Shown one piece after another: positions 42,458 through 59,786 of a stretch of 64,000 bases of DNA; position 1 is the stretch's first letter, and each line of letters starts with the position of its first letter. The notes below the pieces were generated by a model that was not told the origin of the DNA, ran no database searches, and saw only the letters and a program-made list of their open reading frames with translations. A program made the translations under genes and the position numbers. Where the stretch lies: positions 248,001 through 312,000 of the forward strand of contig OZ037766.1 in assembly GCA_964035545.1 (NCBI GenBank), written 5' to 3'. The DNA comes from Bugula neritina. Its lineage: Eukaryota > Animalia > Bryozoa.

Positions 42458-44612
42458 TGACTGAGTATGATTATTGAGTGTTACTTTGAGTGTGTGCTTG
42501 TTATCTGAAGGTAGTATTTGAAATGTAATCCACTCATCAGCTATAGAATTGTTATGATTCTCTTACAGCCAAATCCTTAATAAAGAGTCTGTTGAACACA
42601 GACCCTGATAAGAGGTTGACCATACAGCAAGTGGTTAGACATCCTTGGATAGCTGTAAGTTCTCTAGACATCAGTGTTACTTTAATGTGACTTGTTATAA
42701 GAGTCGTTGGAGCTCGGGTTTAGCCCTAGAACTATCCCACTACAGCACTGAGGGACCACAGGGTACACACTGAGTGGTTAGTGACAGTGTTCTAGAGGAT
42801 AGATCTGTGGCTATATTCTCTGGCTGTTTTATAAATCAGCAATATATTTATATCGTATTATAATAATGATAATAATGTGTGCACCAACTCATAGCTGTGA
42901 CTGTGTGTTATACAGAATAACCTGGCTGTCCCCCAGACACCTCTGGCTACTCAGGATATCCTCAGAGAAGAGAATGATCACTGGATGGAAGTTCAGGTTA
43001 GTGTCTGTCTGTGTGTCTGTGTGTCTGTATAATATATACTATATATACACTACATATTATACTACTCTGATATATATGCTCTGATAATACTCTGTTTGAT
43101 AGGATGAGATGGACAGAGCATTGGCAGAGAGGAGAATAGATGAGGACCAAGTACATCTCAAGAATATCGGGCTGTCAGAGAACCCCCTTCTTGCTCGTAG
43201 ACGAAACAACAGGAACTGAAGTCTACTTTGTTTGAAATATTGTTGCTATGGAAACACTGACATTGCTAGAGAAATAAATTATCAGTATGTAACATTGTGG
43301 ATGTAGTTCTCAGCTTAGAATGTTTACATTGTGGAGTAATCATTAAATATTCTCTCTATTTACAATTAGCATAGTGAGTATCAAGATCTGAAATGTATAA
43401 TATTCTCATGTCATATTATTCACCTGTACTTTTAGCAGGTAAATATATTGTAACAGTATCCATGTTTGTATATAGTTAATAGTACATATCTAGTGACTAG
43501 CATATCTCGTAACATTTATATTGGCTATAGAATATATATTTTTATTATTTCTATTTCATGTTGAGCTATGAACAATGTTTTAGGTTTTTATATGTAAAAT
43601 ATTTTATGCAAGTTTTGGTATCATATTTCTATGCAATAATATGCTACAATTGATTATTTGTATTTGATGTTTTTAATTTTATTAAAACTGCACTAATTTA
43701 GTTATTCACGATATTGGTATTTAATACAATGTTCTTAATGCATCTCATGTTCTACCTTTTGAATGGGAAATAAATATAGAAATATTGCTGGTGATGGCTA
43801 GACATGTTCTTCAGTTTTCAAATATAAATATAGATGCTAGTGAATTATATACAGAGTAGAGGAAGGGCACACAGAGGAGTTAGTAAAGTCAAGTTGAGGT
43901 TACACTGGTTATTTACATAATGAAACAAAATTATTTGTAAGCCACTTGTGTGGTGCTTTTCCTAACCAGAAAAACTGGAAGCTATACCTATACTTATTCT
44001 GTTTTCCACAGTGAAATAACAACCAGTATTTAGTTGAACCTCCATGACAGCTATTTATATCCTTATGATGGTACAGGAAGTTATTCAACTTAACTCCTAC
44101 ACAATTCTAGCAACAACACAGCAATTTCACTTGTTGCTCATCTAACAGATAGTAATACTAGTTTGCATTACGTAATCAGCTAATGGAAGTACATTATTGG
44201 CTGATTGGCTGGTTCTTAGTTACAGGAACTTACAGGGGAGGAACATGTACACCAAGTTTAGCAATGCAATCCTACAATCATGATGTAAGTCACGTGACAG
44301 GCTTGTATAATAATATAATATTAGATGTGAAGCATTGCAGAGCACACACTGCATGGTGCAAATACAAGAAAATAATCTTTCTATAAGCAGCTCCGACTTG
44401 GGGGTGATCAAGTGCAGCAAGTTTGTGGTTCTCAAGTGTAGAGTTAAGGACTTAGACTGGAAACTTAAACCCCCAACTTCAAACTCAATATCCCAGACTA
44501 CTGCACTCGGGTTGCTTATACATGATATAAATACTGAAACAAGATAAATTTACACTAATTACTGGAGTTGTCTTGCATTGGTACTGAGTTCAGTATGGCA
44601 GTCAGGCTATCC

Positions 44613-44894
44613 CCCTGGACACACTCTGCCACGTCGTAGGCCGTAACGTAAAATGTCAGCCAGTTTAATGTCCGACTGAATTTCTCAAAGTGCGGTATTG
44701 GGTACCATCGATGACACTTAATTGGACATTTATATCCAATGAATTGACGCGAATGTCTTCCTCTCCAATAGGAGCCCGCCGGAATTTGTTTGAATCAAAC
44801 AGTGCTTGATCCTAACGTACCACAACGCTGTACAAGAAGCTCAGACACTTGTAAAAATGGCTGACATTTTATGCTACAGCAAAGTGTGTCTAGG
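44613..44894. mobile_element. Older MITE-like element (copy b, most complete TIR)
   Basis: CCTGGACACACT...AAAATGTCAGCCA / TGGCTGACATTTT...AGTGTGTCTAGG. Confidence 0.6.
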
Positions 44895-45499
44895 CCCTAG
44901 GGAGTATACCCTAAACATGACTGATTGGTGGGATATGAGTCATCTTTTACCAGCAATTCCTACATACTTGCTAAGAATAGCTGCAGTTCTACAATTTATT
45001 ACAGTCACCCTTTTTATATACAATACTTATAAAACACATGATATATGCAGGAATATTTGTTCTACTCTGTACCAGCCATTTAAATTCACAAGTTATATAC
45101 AGCTACTACTTGATAAGGAAGTAACTAGACTCATGTTGAGCTGAAAAGCATGCATTATTTACCTCTCAAATAAAAGAGCTATTGTTGTGAAGAGAAATAT
45201 TTAAATTATTATGACTAAGTAGGTAGATGAGTCATAAACCAGTCAGAAACAAGCAAACTTTATTGAGTAAATATGACTACAGAGTAGTGACAGCATAGCA
45301 GAGTGAATATGTTACATAATAATTACTAATCAACATCAAATACTACATATAAGTAGTGTAAGTCCTGTGGAATATATAATATTATACTGAAGTATTATTA
45401 CACTGTAAGTAGAACACAATATATTATATTTGACATGTACTAAGTGTATGTATTGATGACCTCACTGAGCTGATTATTAGTAAACTGTAGCTGATAAGT

Positions 45500-48400
45500 T
45501 TAGTATTTTATTGTGTATCTCCTCAGTCCATCATCTCTACATGCTAGAATCACCTTGTCTCTGTTATACACAGCAATGTCACACACCCAGCTACTCACAC
45601 CAAGACTTTCTCTGGGAATTCTTACCAGCAGTTCACCTGTAAATAGAATAACACCAGATTGTATCAGTTTGAGACAAACAGACAGACTACAGTGACATCA
45701 CAACAGCTGACACAACTACATGCAGTTTCTACTTTCTAGTATAATATAGTAACTGAAATATGTTCAATAATATACCTGCAGCTGCACTTCTACCAGTCAG
45801 TATTGAATAATTCACTGAGCTGCTCTACTCCTTACTTCATAATAAATGACAACATGGAGAGAAGAAACTCAACATACAAACTTAGTGCTCAGCTAATATA
45901 ATTATAAATAATTACATAATATAAGATATACTCCAACATTATCACATATTAAATACTTGACAAGAACCAACCACAGCCACCTGAGTCCCACCAGCAAACA
46001 CTGCTCTACCAGCCATCATCAAATTACAATAGTCTCAGTAATGCCAGTCAAAAATTATCAAATTATTTATCTTTAAATTATCTGATGACCAAAACAATAG
46101 CAGCACTAGACTGAAGTCAAACTACAACTCATAACTCATGTGTAGCTGGCAGTCTGTACAGTTGTTAGACTGAGCACCTCTAAAATTACTGTAAAACACT
46201 TCCATGAAATACTAACTATCGCCAGTACTAATTAGACATATAATATAGCCTATGAGTGGAAGTTGTTTACAGATAATAATAAGTTATCACAATATTGTAT
46301 TAGAGCAGGGGGGGAGGGGGGCTGTCTAAATATTTCAGAGCAAAGGTCACTGAAATGGAATATTCTAGTAGGGAGGGCCACATTGTAAACTTTAGTGTAA
46401 GCTGCAGGTCACAGTATCAGTACTTTTCAAATAACTTTATTCCAAATTCCTATGACTCATTACATAATGAAGTCCTAATAGTTACTGCAGGCTGAATGTA
46501 TGTAGTATGTGCATAAATATGGCATTTAAAAAGCGATGTTTTCACTACAATTCACATACATGCGTGAAATGACTTTGTATTGGCCTTTGAGAGGCACATA
46601 AATGTAGGCTGGGGGTCACAACCAGCCCTGGGGTCGCCTGTTGAACAGCCCTGTATTAGAGTAACTAAACTTACTATAATAAACAGAGTATTTACCTTCA
46701 AGTGAGAGGATGAGGAGAGGTCCTTCCAGTGTACAGATGTGAATCAGTTCAGATGTTGGATCAAAGGAAATACCAGTTGGTTCTGAGATGTGAGGGAATT
46801 CCCACATCAGAGTGAGAGTTGTGTTCTCCACTTTATATCTTCTCACTTTACCATCTTCAGTGCAGTCTCCTATAAGGAGAGTTGAGTCTGGGAGGATGCA
46901 TACAGGGTCAGGGTACTTATTCTCAGGAAGTGGAAACTTCTGTATTTTATTGTCAACTAGATTATAGACTACCAGCTGTTTCTCTCTCCTGTCTACAATA
47001 TACACTAGAGAGAGGTGCTGAGCTATTCTATAGGCTATGAGTCCATCTACTGAATGTTTGTAGAGAGAGCGAGACTTCTCAAAGGAGTTCGGATCAAGAA
47101 GTGCGATTTCAGCTGATTTCTCCTTCTTGTTATAACAGCTGCCAACCATCACCCCTTCAGGTTGGATTATCTCCCCCCACACTGTAGTGTTGGTGTCCTT
47201 CACTGAGCTGATAGTATTCAGAGTGTGTCTATTTATTACTTCTACACCTTCTGGTGTCACACACATGAGATGTCCATCAGCTGAGATGTCTACTGTCCCA
47301 CACTTTCCACGTACAGGAAGTCCATCAGACTGTAGAGAAGATGGTGGCTGCAGCAGCTTCAGTCCCAGACTGTCTTCACTGTCTGCAACAACAAAATAAC
47401 AATTCTATAACTTGAGAATCTCATCACCTGCACAGGTAGAGAGTGTTTTGTTAATACTGACAGCAGGTAGTCAGCATAACACAGTTTAGTAGCTCACTTA
47501 TACATCATAAACTCTGAAACACTGCAGAAATGTCTCATAATGTGAGAGTAGAAATAACAAAACTCAATCCTCTAATAAATGTCAACATGAAACGCAGCAA
47601 CATTTCTAAATATCTGAGACTTTAAAAAAATTAACGAATGAAATTCAATTGATTTACAAGCAGAAAGTTATTTATAGTTAGTGTTACTATTTATAGACTC
47701 CACCTACATGTTGGTACCAAGATGCTGTCAGGAAGTACACACTTCTCTATTACACCAATATCTGTAGCCTTTTCCATCTCCTCACTCATCTCTTTGTAGT
47801 CTCTCACAATGCCTGCATCATTGAACTTATCAACTGCATGTTGTACTCTGTCCACCAGAGACTGTCTGCCCATTATCTTACTCAAGGCCAGGTCATATCT
47901 ATAATTAACCACCATCTCTGTGCTGCTTCTCAGATATTCTGATAATTCATCCTTCAGTTCCTCACCTCTCTTTCTAATCTCTTCTATCTAATAAATAGTA
48001 ACACATTATAACCACATCTGCACCTCACAACCTCTACACTTGACATGAGAGTGACAGCTGACAGACCACCCACTGAATAGACACACAGTGACTCAGTCAT
48101 GTGACACTCTATACACAGTAGACTGCTAGTACATCATGTGACTAGTCTCCTCCTCCTTCCTGTCAATCACTCACACAGCCAACCTCCCTGTGTGAGTGAT
48201 TGACAGTTGCAGAAGGATGAGTGAGTCATCTGTATTGACAGGTTCACCTGCACTGAGTGTCACGTGATGAATGACTACTGCTACTTGTACACAGAATGGT
48301 GATGGTTTAATGGCTGCCGATTTCTGAGTACATATGAAGTTTTGTACTGCAGCATAACATTAGAGAATTAGACTACACAGTTTTACTCTAAATAGTAGTT

Positions 48401-49873
48401 ATCTATATTCTCTACAAACATGTCTGCCAACCTTTGCATTAACTGTAGCATATACTCTGGCAAACATCTTCTTCACATCATCTTCTATCTCACTCAGCTG
48501 TCTCCAGGCATTCTTTGATATGTCATTCAACTCTGAAATCTTCTCAGACAGAATCTTCATTTCCTCAGTCAGTTTGTCTCTCAGCTCACGGGATAAATCA
48601 TTCAACGATGTTACGTTGTGAGAAGCTGCTTTTCTCCCTGAAATAATATTCAAGTATTTACCTCAAGACATTCAGTGTATCGTTACCTTAGACTGAGTTC
48701 TATTCATGTGGCTACACAGGAACACATGCTACTCTCATTTAAACTTAGATATGCTTTCTCAAACTCGGTGGATGTTATAAACAGCTAAAGTTAGAGAAGT
48801 GAAAGAAAGAAATCACCTGCCACTTTTCCACATCCACTCTTAGAGTCACACCGAATACAGAATCTCTGGTGACACTGAGAACACGCCTCTATCAGCTGAT
48901 GGTGTTCATGATGTTCACAGTTAGTAACGGAGTAACGCTGTGGAGATGCTGTGTAGAGGTCAATGGGAACAAACTGGTGTGTAGTGTTCATGTAAGTCTT
49001 CAAGTGTGCTTCATGGTTCTAACAACAGAAAACATGGTTGAATCATGAATCACAGCTAGTAGGTTGGTGCTTGCATATAAGGTATTGATAGTCAGGTTGA
49101 CAGTACTAGATGGTATATAATGTAAGGTGATAACAGCAGCACAGAAGACAGTGTGCTGTACTATACACACCGACAGACACACAGACATACAGCCATGACA
49201 TATCTCTGTCTTTCCTGAGACTAGAAGAGAATTCTACAGTATAACTCATCAGTATGTCCTGTACTAGTAGCTACAGTCAACACACAACTCACCTGCTGAT
49301 GCTGTTCACACAACTTCTTCTCACTCTCCACACAGAAGACTACAGCCTCTGTTCCATCCTCACACACATCACAGAGAATGGGTGTAGGTTTGGGAGGAGT
49401 TTTGTATTCTAGAACATCACCCAGCTTAGCCACTGGTAGAGTTGTGGGATCCGTGATGTCATAGAATTGCTTACTGCAAACAAAATTTCATAGAAGTTGT
49501 ATTCAATAAATGACTCACAAAAAGGTTTTTTACTTCAGCGTACCTTAATTTTGACATAGTTTGTCCAACAATTCAATACAGCAATCAGTAATATACAAAT
49601 CTAATCACTTGTTCAGAGAATTGATTACTGTGTTACATATTGGAAATTATAAACAGTAAGTCATATTGTTTGTGGGCTGACAGTAACTCACCCACAATAT
49701 GCACACTTGATGTGATCTTTCCTGTAGCCAATATCTGTCTGCAAACACCTCATACAGTAGACATGTAGACAGGGCAGGGTTCTGGGATCTCCTAAATTGT
49801 TGAAATGCTGGTTGCAGTATCCACATCTGTATGAGTCATTGAGCTTTCTCTTGATTATTCTAGAATCTGCCAT
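45500..49873 (-). CDS. TRIM-NHL-like E3 ligase, copy 4, B/A chimera, complete (~624 aa)
   Basis: Exons 49873-49692, 49473-49293, 49018-48817, 48637-48432, 47987-47708, 47382-46696, 45636-45500. The 5' part matches copy 3; the 3' part of the second coiled-coil exon and the following intron match copy 1. Confidence 0.92.
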
Positions 49874-50147
49874 TCTGAGTTGGAAAAAAAACCTAAAAAT
49901 ATTGTATAAAATACTAGCATTCTTTTTGATTACTAAAAAATTGTTGGCTATCTACTTTTCAACTCAAGAATTACACTTTGCAAATCCAAAAGTTATAAAA
50001 TATCAATTACAATTTTAATGTATTTTAATATTAATGGCATCTGTGTGCTACATAATAATATGGGAATAGCAGTCTATTATGAAATTATTTGAAATGATAG
50101 CAGAATAAAAGTAACTTACAATAATTAAATATATTTTACAAACTTAC

Positions 50148-50415
50148 TAGTTTCGGCTCTGATATAGAAGATGTTGGTTGAAAGATGATCTCTGTGCGAG
50201 TGTAGATAGTGCAGCAGTATTGAACCGGACTGCTAAGTCACGTGACAACTTTAACCAAGAATCAACATTTGATTGGATAAACTAAATAACAACTAAGTAA
50301 ATAAGTAAGTAGTTAAAAGACCACAATTATCAGTCCCCCATTAACAAACATGATTAATTTGATTAGTCAATGTGACCACACACTCTGATTATGACACGGA
50401 CACGCCCGCCAAATA
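50148..50415 (-). promoter_or_regulatory. Putative non-coding first exon and promoter of TRIM copy 4 (type B)
   Basis: Paralogous to 33663-33930, with GTCACGTGAC, ATTGG and a GC-box. Confidence 0.5.
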
Positions 50416-52259
50416 TTTCCATAAGAACGCTCATCTGTCAAATCAAATAATATTCAGATAATGAGGTTTTTAAACTGGAAACTCACAAAAAAAGTTTTAT
50501 ATTGAAGCTTGCTCTTCAGGCTTTTACAAAAGATCACACCTGGTATCTATTATGACAAGGAAGTCCATTTTCTATGATATTTCAAGTTCCCTGCAGTATT
50601 AGATATAAACTGTTTGATTGAGTGTCGTGACATGGAAAGAATCTGTGGTACTGAGACTGAGTTCTAGAGAGAATCTCTGTGGTACTACAGACACGTGACT
50701 GTATATATAATGCTAGAATGAAGGCAGCTCATCTCTATACTACATCTTCAACTGAGGAGAAGTACCTACATGTGTTGTAGTGTAGATACATGTGGGCTGT
50801 CAGGTGACCCACCCTGAGTATTGTAGAAATAGTCAATATAACTCTAGACTACATTGTATCACATGAGAATGTTTATCTCAAGTATTATATATTTATATTT
50901 AACAAGTGACAGACATGACGTCAATACATTGATAACAGCACAGAAATATTCCTCCCCTTTGCTTAATTCAAAACTTAGTAACAGAGTATATAAAACACAC
51001 CCCTTCACCTTGGGACTTTAACCTTCATCTAGTAAATTTATCAGCTAAATAGTGTTTGTATAATACTTAATACTGCAGCTTTAGATAACAATATTTCCCA
51101 TCAGTTTTGTGTTACAGATAAAAATTTTCCATCACACCCGCTGCCCATGTCTTTGAGCTGACTTACAGTCACAGTAACTATTGCTGACTATTCACTATGA
51201 TTGACTCACTCAGTAATATTTCACAGTCAAGTCCCCACTATATCAATGTTGGTGTAGCTAATGTACACATCTTAGAGTGTCAACTAACTCACTACTCTAT
51301 CCAATGTTACTCCATCTAACAGTTGATGTTGTCTCCCCCTTCAGCATTCTCACTGCGTGTTGAGACCCTGTAGCCTCTGTCCCATCTCTTCTCACAACTT
51401 CTCACTCATATCTGTTTGTTGACAGTCTGAGTCTACTCATGTTTATATGTTACATTACATAATATAAGACTATGAGATAGTATGAGTCATAGGGTAATAT
51501 GGACACTGCTTTACCAGATTGACACAAACACTAAATAAATGAGCTTAGAGCTTAGAGCAAGGCAGAAAATACTTTACTGCTGTCTTATTGGTTAGAATAT
51601 TCCACTTCCTACCAGCAGCTGAGTAGAATAATAGGCAGCAGGTAAGATAGCTGACTTTAACCTCTAGTCTGGAAGGGAGAGTAAAGTGGTACATGATTAT
51701 ATACAAGAGTTGGACTGTGTGAGACATCATTAAGTATAGAGTAATACTTGAGTGACCAAACTACTCTGGAATATGTCAAACTGTATTATATTTATTACGT
51801 TTATAGTTAGGCTAACAAAAGTGTGTAAATATTTAAGTTACAAGCAAGTAATGAGATATTTTATCTACAAAACAAGTTCTTTCTCTAAAATGTTGTCAAC
51901 AAGAAAAGGTTGGCACTAAAATATGTCAAGTTGCCACTTTAAAGTAATTAACATTATCTTTATAATATTTATAATTATACCAATAAATCTCTTGGAATAT
52001 TTAAACTGCACTCAAGTGTTTGGGATATTTTATCACCCAACAAACAAGTTTTTTTCTCTAAAGTGTTAGCAGCCATTAAAGGGTTGGCACTAAAATATGT
52101 TAAGTAGCTGCTACCCCAGAGTGAATATATTATGTATTATCTTTATTATATTGATATTACTTATTAGACATTGCCCAATAACAAGGAGTCACGTGGTACT
52201 AGTATCAGAGTGAGGTTTAGCTATTTCCTGTCTCTGTTACTAGTTGTCATGGAGACAAA

Positions 52260-53645
52260 CTTACTTGGTGGGTGGTCACATGATTACTTAGTGGGTGGTC
52301 ACATGATTACTCAGTGGGTGGTCACATGATTACTTAGTGGGTGGTCACATGATTACTTAGTGGGTGGTCACATGATTACTCAGTGGGTGGTCACATGATT
52401 ACTCAGTGGGTGGTCACATGATTACTTAGTGGGTGGTCACATGATTACTTAGTGGGTGGTCACATGATTACTTAGTGGGTGGGTCACATGATTACTTGGT
52501 GGGTGGTCATATGATTACTTAGTGGGTGGTCACATGATTACTTAGTGGGTGGTCACATGATTACTTAGTGGGGGGTCACATGATTACTTAGTGGGTGGTC
52601 ACATGATTACTTAGTGGGTGGTCACATGATTACTTAGTGGGTGGTCACATGAATACTTAGTGGGTGGTCACATGATTACTTAGTGGGTGGTCACATAATT
52701 ACTTAGTGGGTGGTCACATGATTACTTAGTGGGTGGTCACATGATTACTTAGTGGGTGATCACATGATTACTTAGTGGGTGGTCACATGATTACTTAGTG
52801 GGTGGTCACATGATTACTTAGTGGGTGATCCCATGATTACTTAGTGGGTGGTCACATGATTACTTAGTGGGTGGTCACATGATTACTTAGTGGGTGGTCA
52901 CATGATTACTTAGTGGGTGGTCACATGATTACTTAGTGGGTGGTCACATGATTACTTAGTGGGTGGTCACATGATTACTTAGTGGGTGGTCACATGATTA
53001 CTTAGTGGGTGGTCACATGATTACTTAGTGGGTGATCACATGATTACTTAGTGGGTGGTCACATGATTACTTAGTGGGTGGTCACATGATTACTTAGTGG
53101 GTGGTCACATGATTACTTAGTGGGTGGTCACATGATTACTTAGTGGGTGGTCACATGATTACTTGGTGGGTGGTCACATGATTACTTAGTGGGTGGTCAC
53201 ATGATTACTTAGTGGGTGGTCACATGATTACTTAGTGGGTGGTCACATGATTACTTAGTGGGTGGTCACATGATTACTTAGTGGGTGGTCACATGATTAC
53301 TTAGTGGGTGGTCACATGATTACTTAGTGGGTGGTCACATGACTACTTAGTGGGTGGTCACATGATTACTTAGTGGGTGGTCACATGATCACTTAGTGGG
53401 TGGTCACATGATTACTTAGTGGGTGGTCACATGATTACTTAGTGGGTGGTCACATGATTACTTAGTGGGTGGTCACATGATTACTTAGTGGGTGGTCACA
53501 TGATTACTTAGTGGGTGGTCACATGATTACGTAGTGGGTGGTCACATGATTACTTAGTGGGTGGTCACATGATTACTTAGTGGGTGGTCACATGATTACT
53601 TAGTGGGTGGTCACATGATTACTTAGTGGGTGGTCACTTGATTAT
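52260..53645. repeat. 23-bp VNTR, ~60 copies
   Basis: Same unit. Confidence 0.95.
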
Positions 53646-56105
53646 TCCTCAGAGTAACAGCTTCTTGCACTCACTTTAGACACAGTAAATATAGGAGACA
53701 ACTCCTAGCTTTTAATGTACATTGGAAACCTTTTACAGCAGTTAATAGATCCTACATTATAGTTGGTAATAGTTAGCAGACCAAGTGTTATATATTTACA
53801 GTGTCTGTCACTATCAAGACATGAGAACCACCTGCTATATACATGTCAACAAAGTGACATATGTCAACTGGTGTGACAGGTACAGCAACTGTCATTAATA
53901 TAGTAATTAAATAACAATAAAATAAAAAATGAATAAATTATACAGTGCAACAAAGTTTATTAGTGGTTATCTCCACTTAGACAATCATAACACTGATAAT
54001 ACTATACAAATATCCAGCCGATAATTGGCCAATATCAACTAGTAGTGTTTAACTATTGACCTCTAAGTAGTAAATTCTTGTTACTAGATTGTCTATAATC
54101 TAGTTGATGTGAAGAGATACTTTAGCAAGTGATGATAACTCCAACATACTCTTTCTCAGTAGGTACATCCCATCTATAATAAACACACAATTATTATCTA
54201 CTGACACACTGGTGGAACACAGGTGGGCGGAGCTTATAAAATTCCTGGCTGTCACATTTATATAGTATTATTATATACAACAAGTAGTTTCATTTGTTTT
54301 CTCATTTAGCAGCATGTATAGCCTGTGTTCTAAACGTTTAAGCCAGCTTAGTGATTATTCTGCAGCAGCAAAGAATAGCAAGCAATAAAAACCAGCAAAC
54401 AGCAACTTTACCTTCATAAGGGCTAGAAGGGCTCGAAGTACACGCCTATCATCATATCCGTTTCCGCTCTTTAATGTTTACCCGTGCATTATCAGTCGGA
54501 ATTACTTTTTAAAAAGGTGACTATTTAAGTGACTATGAGTATGAAATATTCTTTATTAACTTTTTATAGTTATACTTTTTGTCGTCGAATAATATTAAAA
54601 CCGAGAATTAACTTGTATATTAGGAACTAGCGCTTTCTGAATTTTAAATGATATAATTATAGAGTTATACTTATGCTTTCACTAACTTAGTCTTATACTT
54701 GCAACTTATAACTATAAGTATAAGTTATAACTTATAATATATCAGTTATATGAGTTATACTGATACTAATAGTAATAGTAATACTTATCGTTATCGACTT
54801 ATAGTTATACTAACTTAGACTTACTCTTAATCTTAGAGTATGTAGTGGTACTTTGCTATTTAGTTTTACTTTTTAATCATGCATTCATGACCAGAGACCT
54901 GAATTACTATTACTATTAGTATTAGTGTCCACACGTTATGCTTATGGTTACTGTTGTTGTGATGGAATTATTCAAATTTACATTCTTATTCTCATCTCTT
55001 TGAAAGTCTTTGATCCCAACTTTTATTTCATTAATGTTCTCTTTGGATGCATACTGAAGATAATTAATGTCATGGGGATATACACACTAACTTCTGTTGT
55101 CTATAACAATTACTAGTTTTGCCATAATATTAATTACATTTTGATTTTCGTCTACCAGACGCTGTTACAGTTCCCAATAATATCAACTTCAAAGCTGACC
55201 TGCAGCTACGTGGCTTTATCCTTATATGGAGATGCAGCGACCCTTGTAACTACAGCAACCTATCCTGAGCTAGCTGATGTGGACCTCACCAGCAGGAAGT
55301 CTTGCTGCATCCAAAAGCTATCTGAAGTCACTCCTCTGTAAGATCCAGCTTCATGTAGACGTACCAGAACGAGAGGAGTCATCTACAAGGTAATTACCAT
55401 AAGTTATATGCATATAATACTGTTATAGTAAACCACTCAGTGCTTAGCTATATTATTATATACTATACAGTCAGTTGTAACAGTGATACCTCAGTTTCAC
55501 GTTACAGTACTCTCAGTGTCATGGTATCATATTTATGATTATCATAATATTAATATTAATAGGATCATGTTATAACTTAGAGGCTTTCTCTAGTAGTTAG
55601 TATAAAAAGAAATTATCAACATTCTATACTGTTTTTAGGTTCTTCATAATCTTTACCAATAGCTAAATTATATATTCAAATTAACATAGCAGGCTATATG
55701 CATTGACTTTGAAAGTGAGACCAAATGATTACATTTAATGTCTTCACGAATGTTAAACACCCCAGTCACTGTACCATTTCAACAACTACTTAGGCCCTAA
55801 AAGTAAGTGTGAATAATTTGAGATAATTCTTAGCTTTAAAATAGAAACTAACAGGCACAGCTACAAATACATAGCGGTACAACCCACCCTTTCTATTCAA
55901 TAGTAACTGATTAGAGACTTACCTTATTGTTTCTTGTCTAGGAGTGTATATCTACAGTGGTGAGGAGAGGGGAGTTGAGTCATAGCAGTAAAACAGTGGA
56001 GTCAAGTTCTGCAGACAGACACCAAGAGTACCTGAACTATCTAGTCACCATAGACAAGGAGAAGACATCTTGTGATTAGTTGGCATGCGTCTGTCAAACA
56101 TGGCA

Positions 56106-57099
56106 ATGTAAGTTACTGAATTATATTTACTCTTAGTATGATAATGTAAGTTACTGAATTATATATACTCGTAGTATGATAATGTAAGTTACTGAATTAT
56201 ACTTACTCTTAGTATGATAGTGTAAGTTACTGAATTATATTTACTATTAGTATGATAATGTAAGTTACTGAATTATATATACTCTTAGTATTATAATGTA
56301 AGTTACTGAATTATATATACTCTTAGTATGATAATGTAACTTACTGAATTATATGTACTCTTAGTATGATAATGTAACTTACTGAATTATATGTACTCTT
56401 AGTATGATAATGTAAGTTACTGAATTATATATACTCTTAGTATGATAATGTAAGTTACTGAATTATATATACTCGTAGTATGATACTGTAAGTTACTGAA
56501 TTATATGTACTCTTAGTATGATAATGTAAGTTACTGAATTATATGTACTCTTAGTATGATAATGTACGTTACTGAATTATATATACTCTTAGTATGATAA
56601 TGTAAGTTACTGAATTATATGTACTCTTAGTATGATAATGTAAGTTACTGAATTATATATACTCTTAGTATGATAGTGTAAGTTACTGAATTATATATAC
56701 TCTTAGTATGATAATGTAAGTTACTGAATTATATATACTCTTAGTATGATAATGTAAGTTACTGAATTATATATACTCTTAGTATGATAATGTAAGTTAC
56801 TGAATTATATGTACTCTTAGTATGATAATGTAAGTTACTGAATTATATGTACTCTTAGTATGATAATGTAAGTTACTGAATTATATATACTCTTAGTATG
56901 ATAATGTAAGTTACCGAATTATAAATACTCTTAGTATGATAATGTAAGTTACTGAATTATATGTACTCTTAGTATGATAATGTAAGTTACTGAATTATAT
57001 GTACTCTTAGTATGATAATGTAAGTTACTGAATTATATGTACTCTTAGTATGATAATGTAAGTTACTGAATTATATATACTCTTAGTATGATACTGTAA
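56106..57099. repeat. 38-bp VNTR, ~26 copies
   Basis: Same unit. Confidence 0.95.
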
Positions 57100-57223
57100 G
57101 ACTTTCTAAGGATACAAATAGCAGGGTGGTAGAACAGCTTCTGCCAGTACTTGTCAACTGAAATATCTTTTCCTATACTAACTCAGTGTTATTGTTGAGG
57201 TATAATAAGACATGAGTTTGTAG

Positions 57224-59786
<2,563 letters not shown>

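Noticed and set aside
52260-53645. CRISPR array (23-bp and 38-bp repeats)
   Set aside because: Units are head-to-tail with no unique spacers, there are no cas genes, and the context is eukaryotic.
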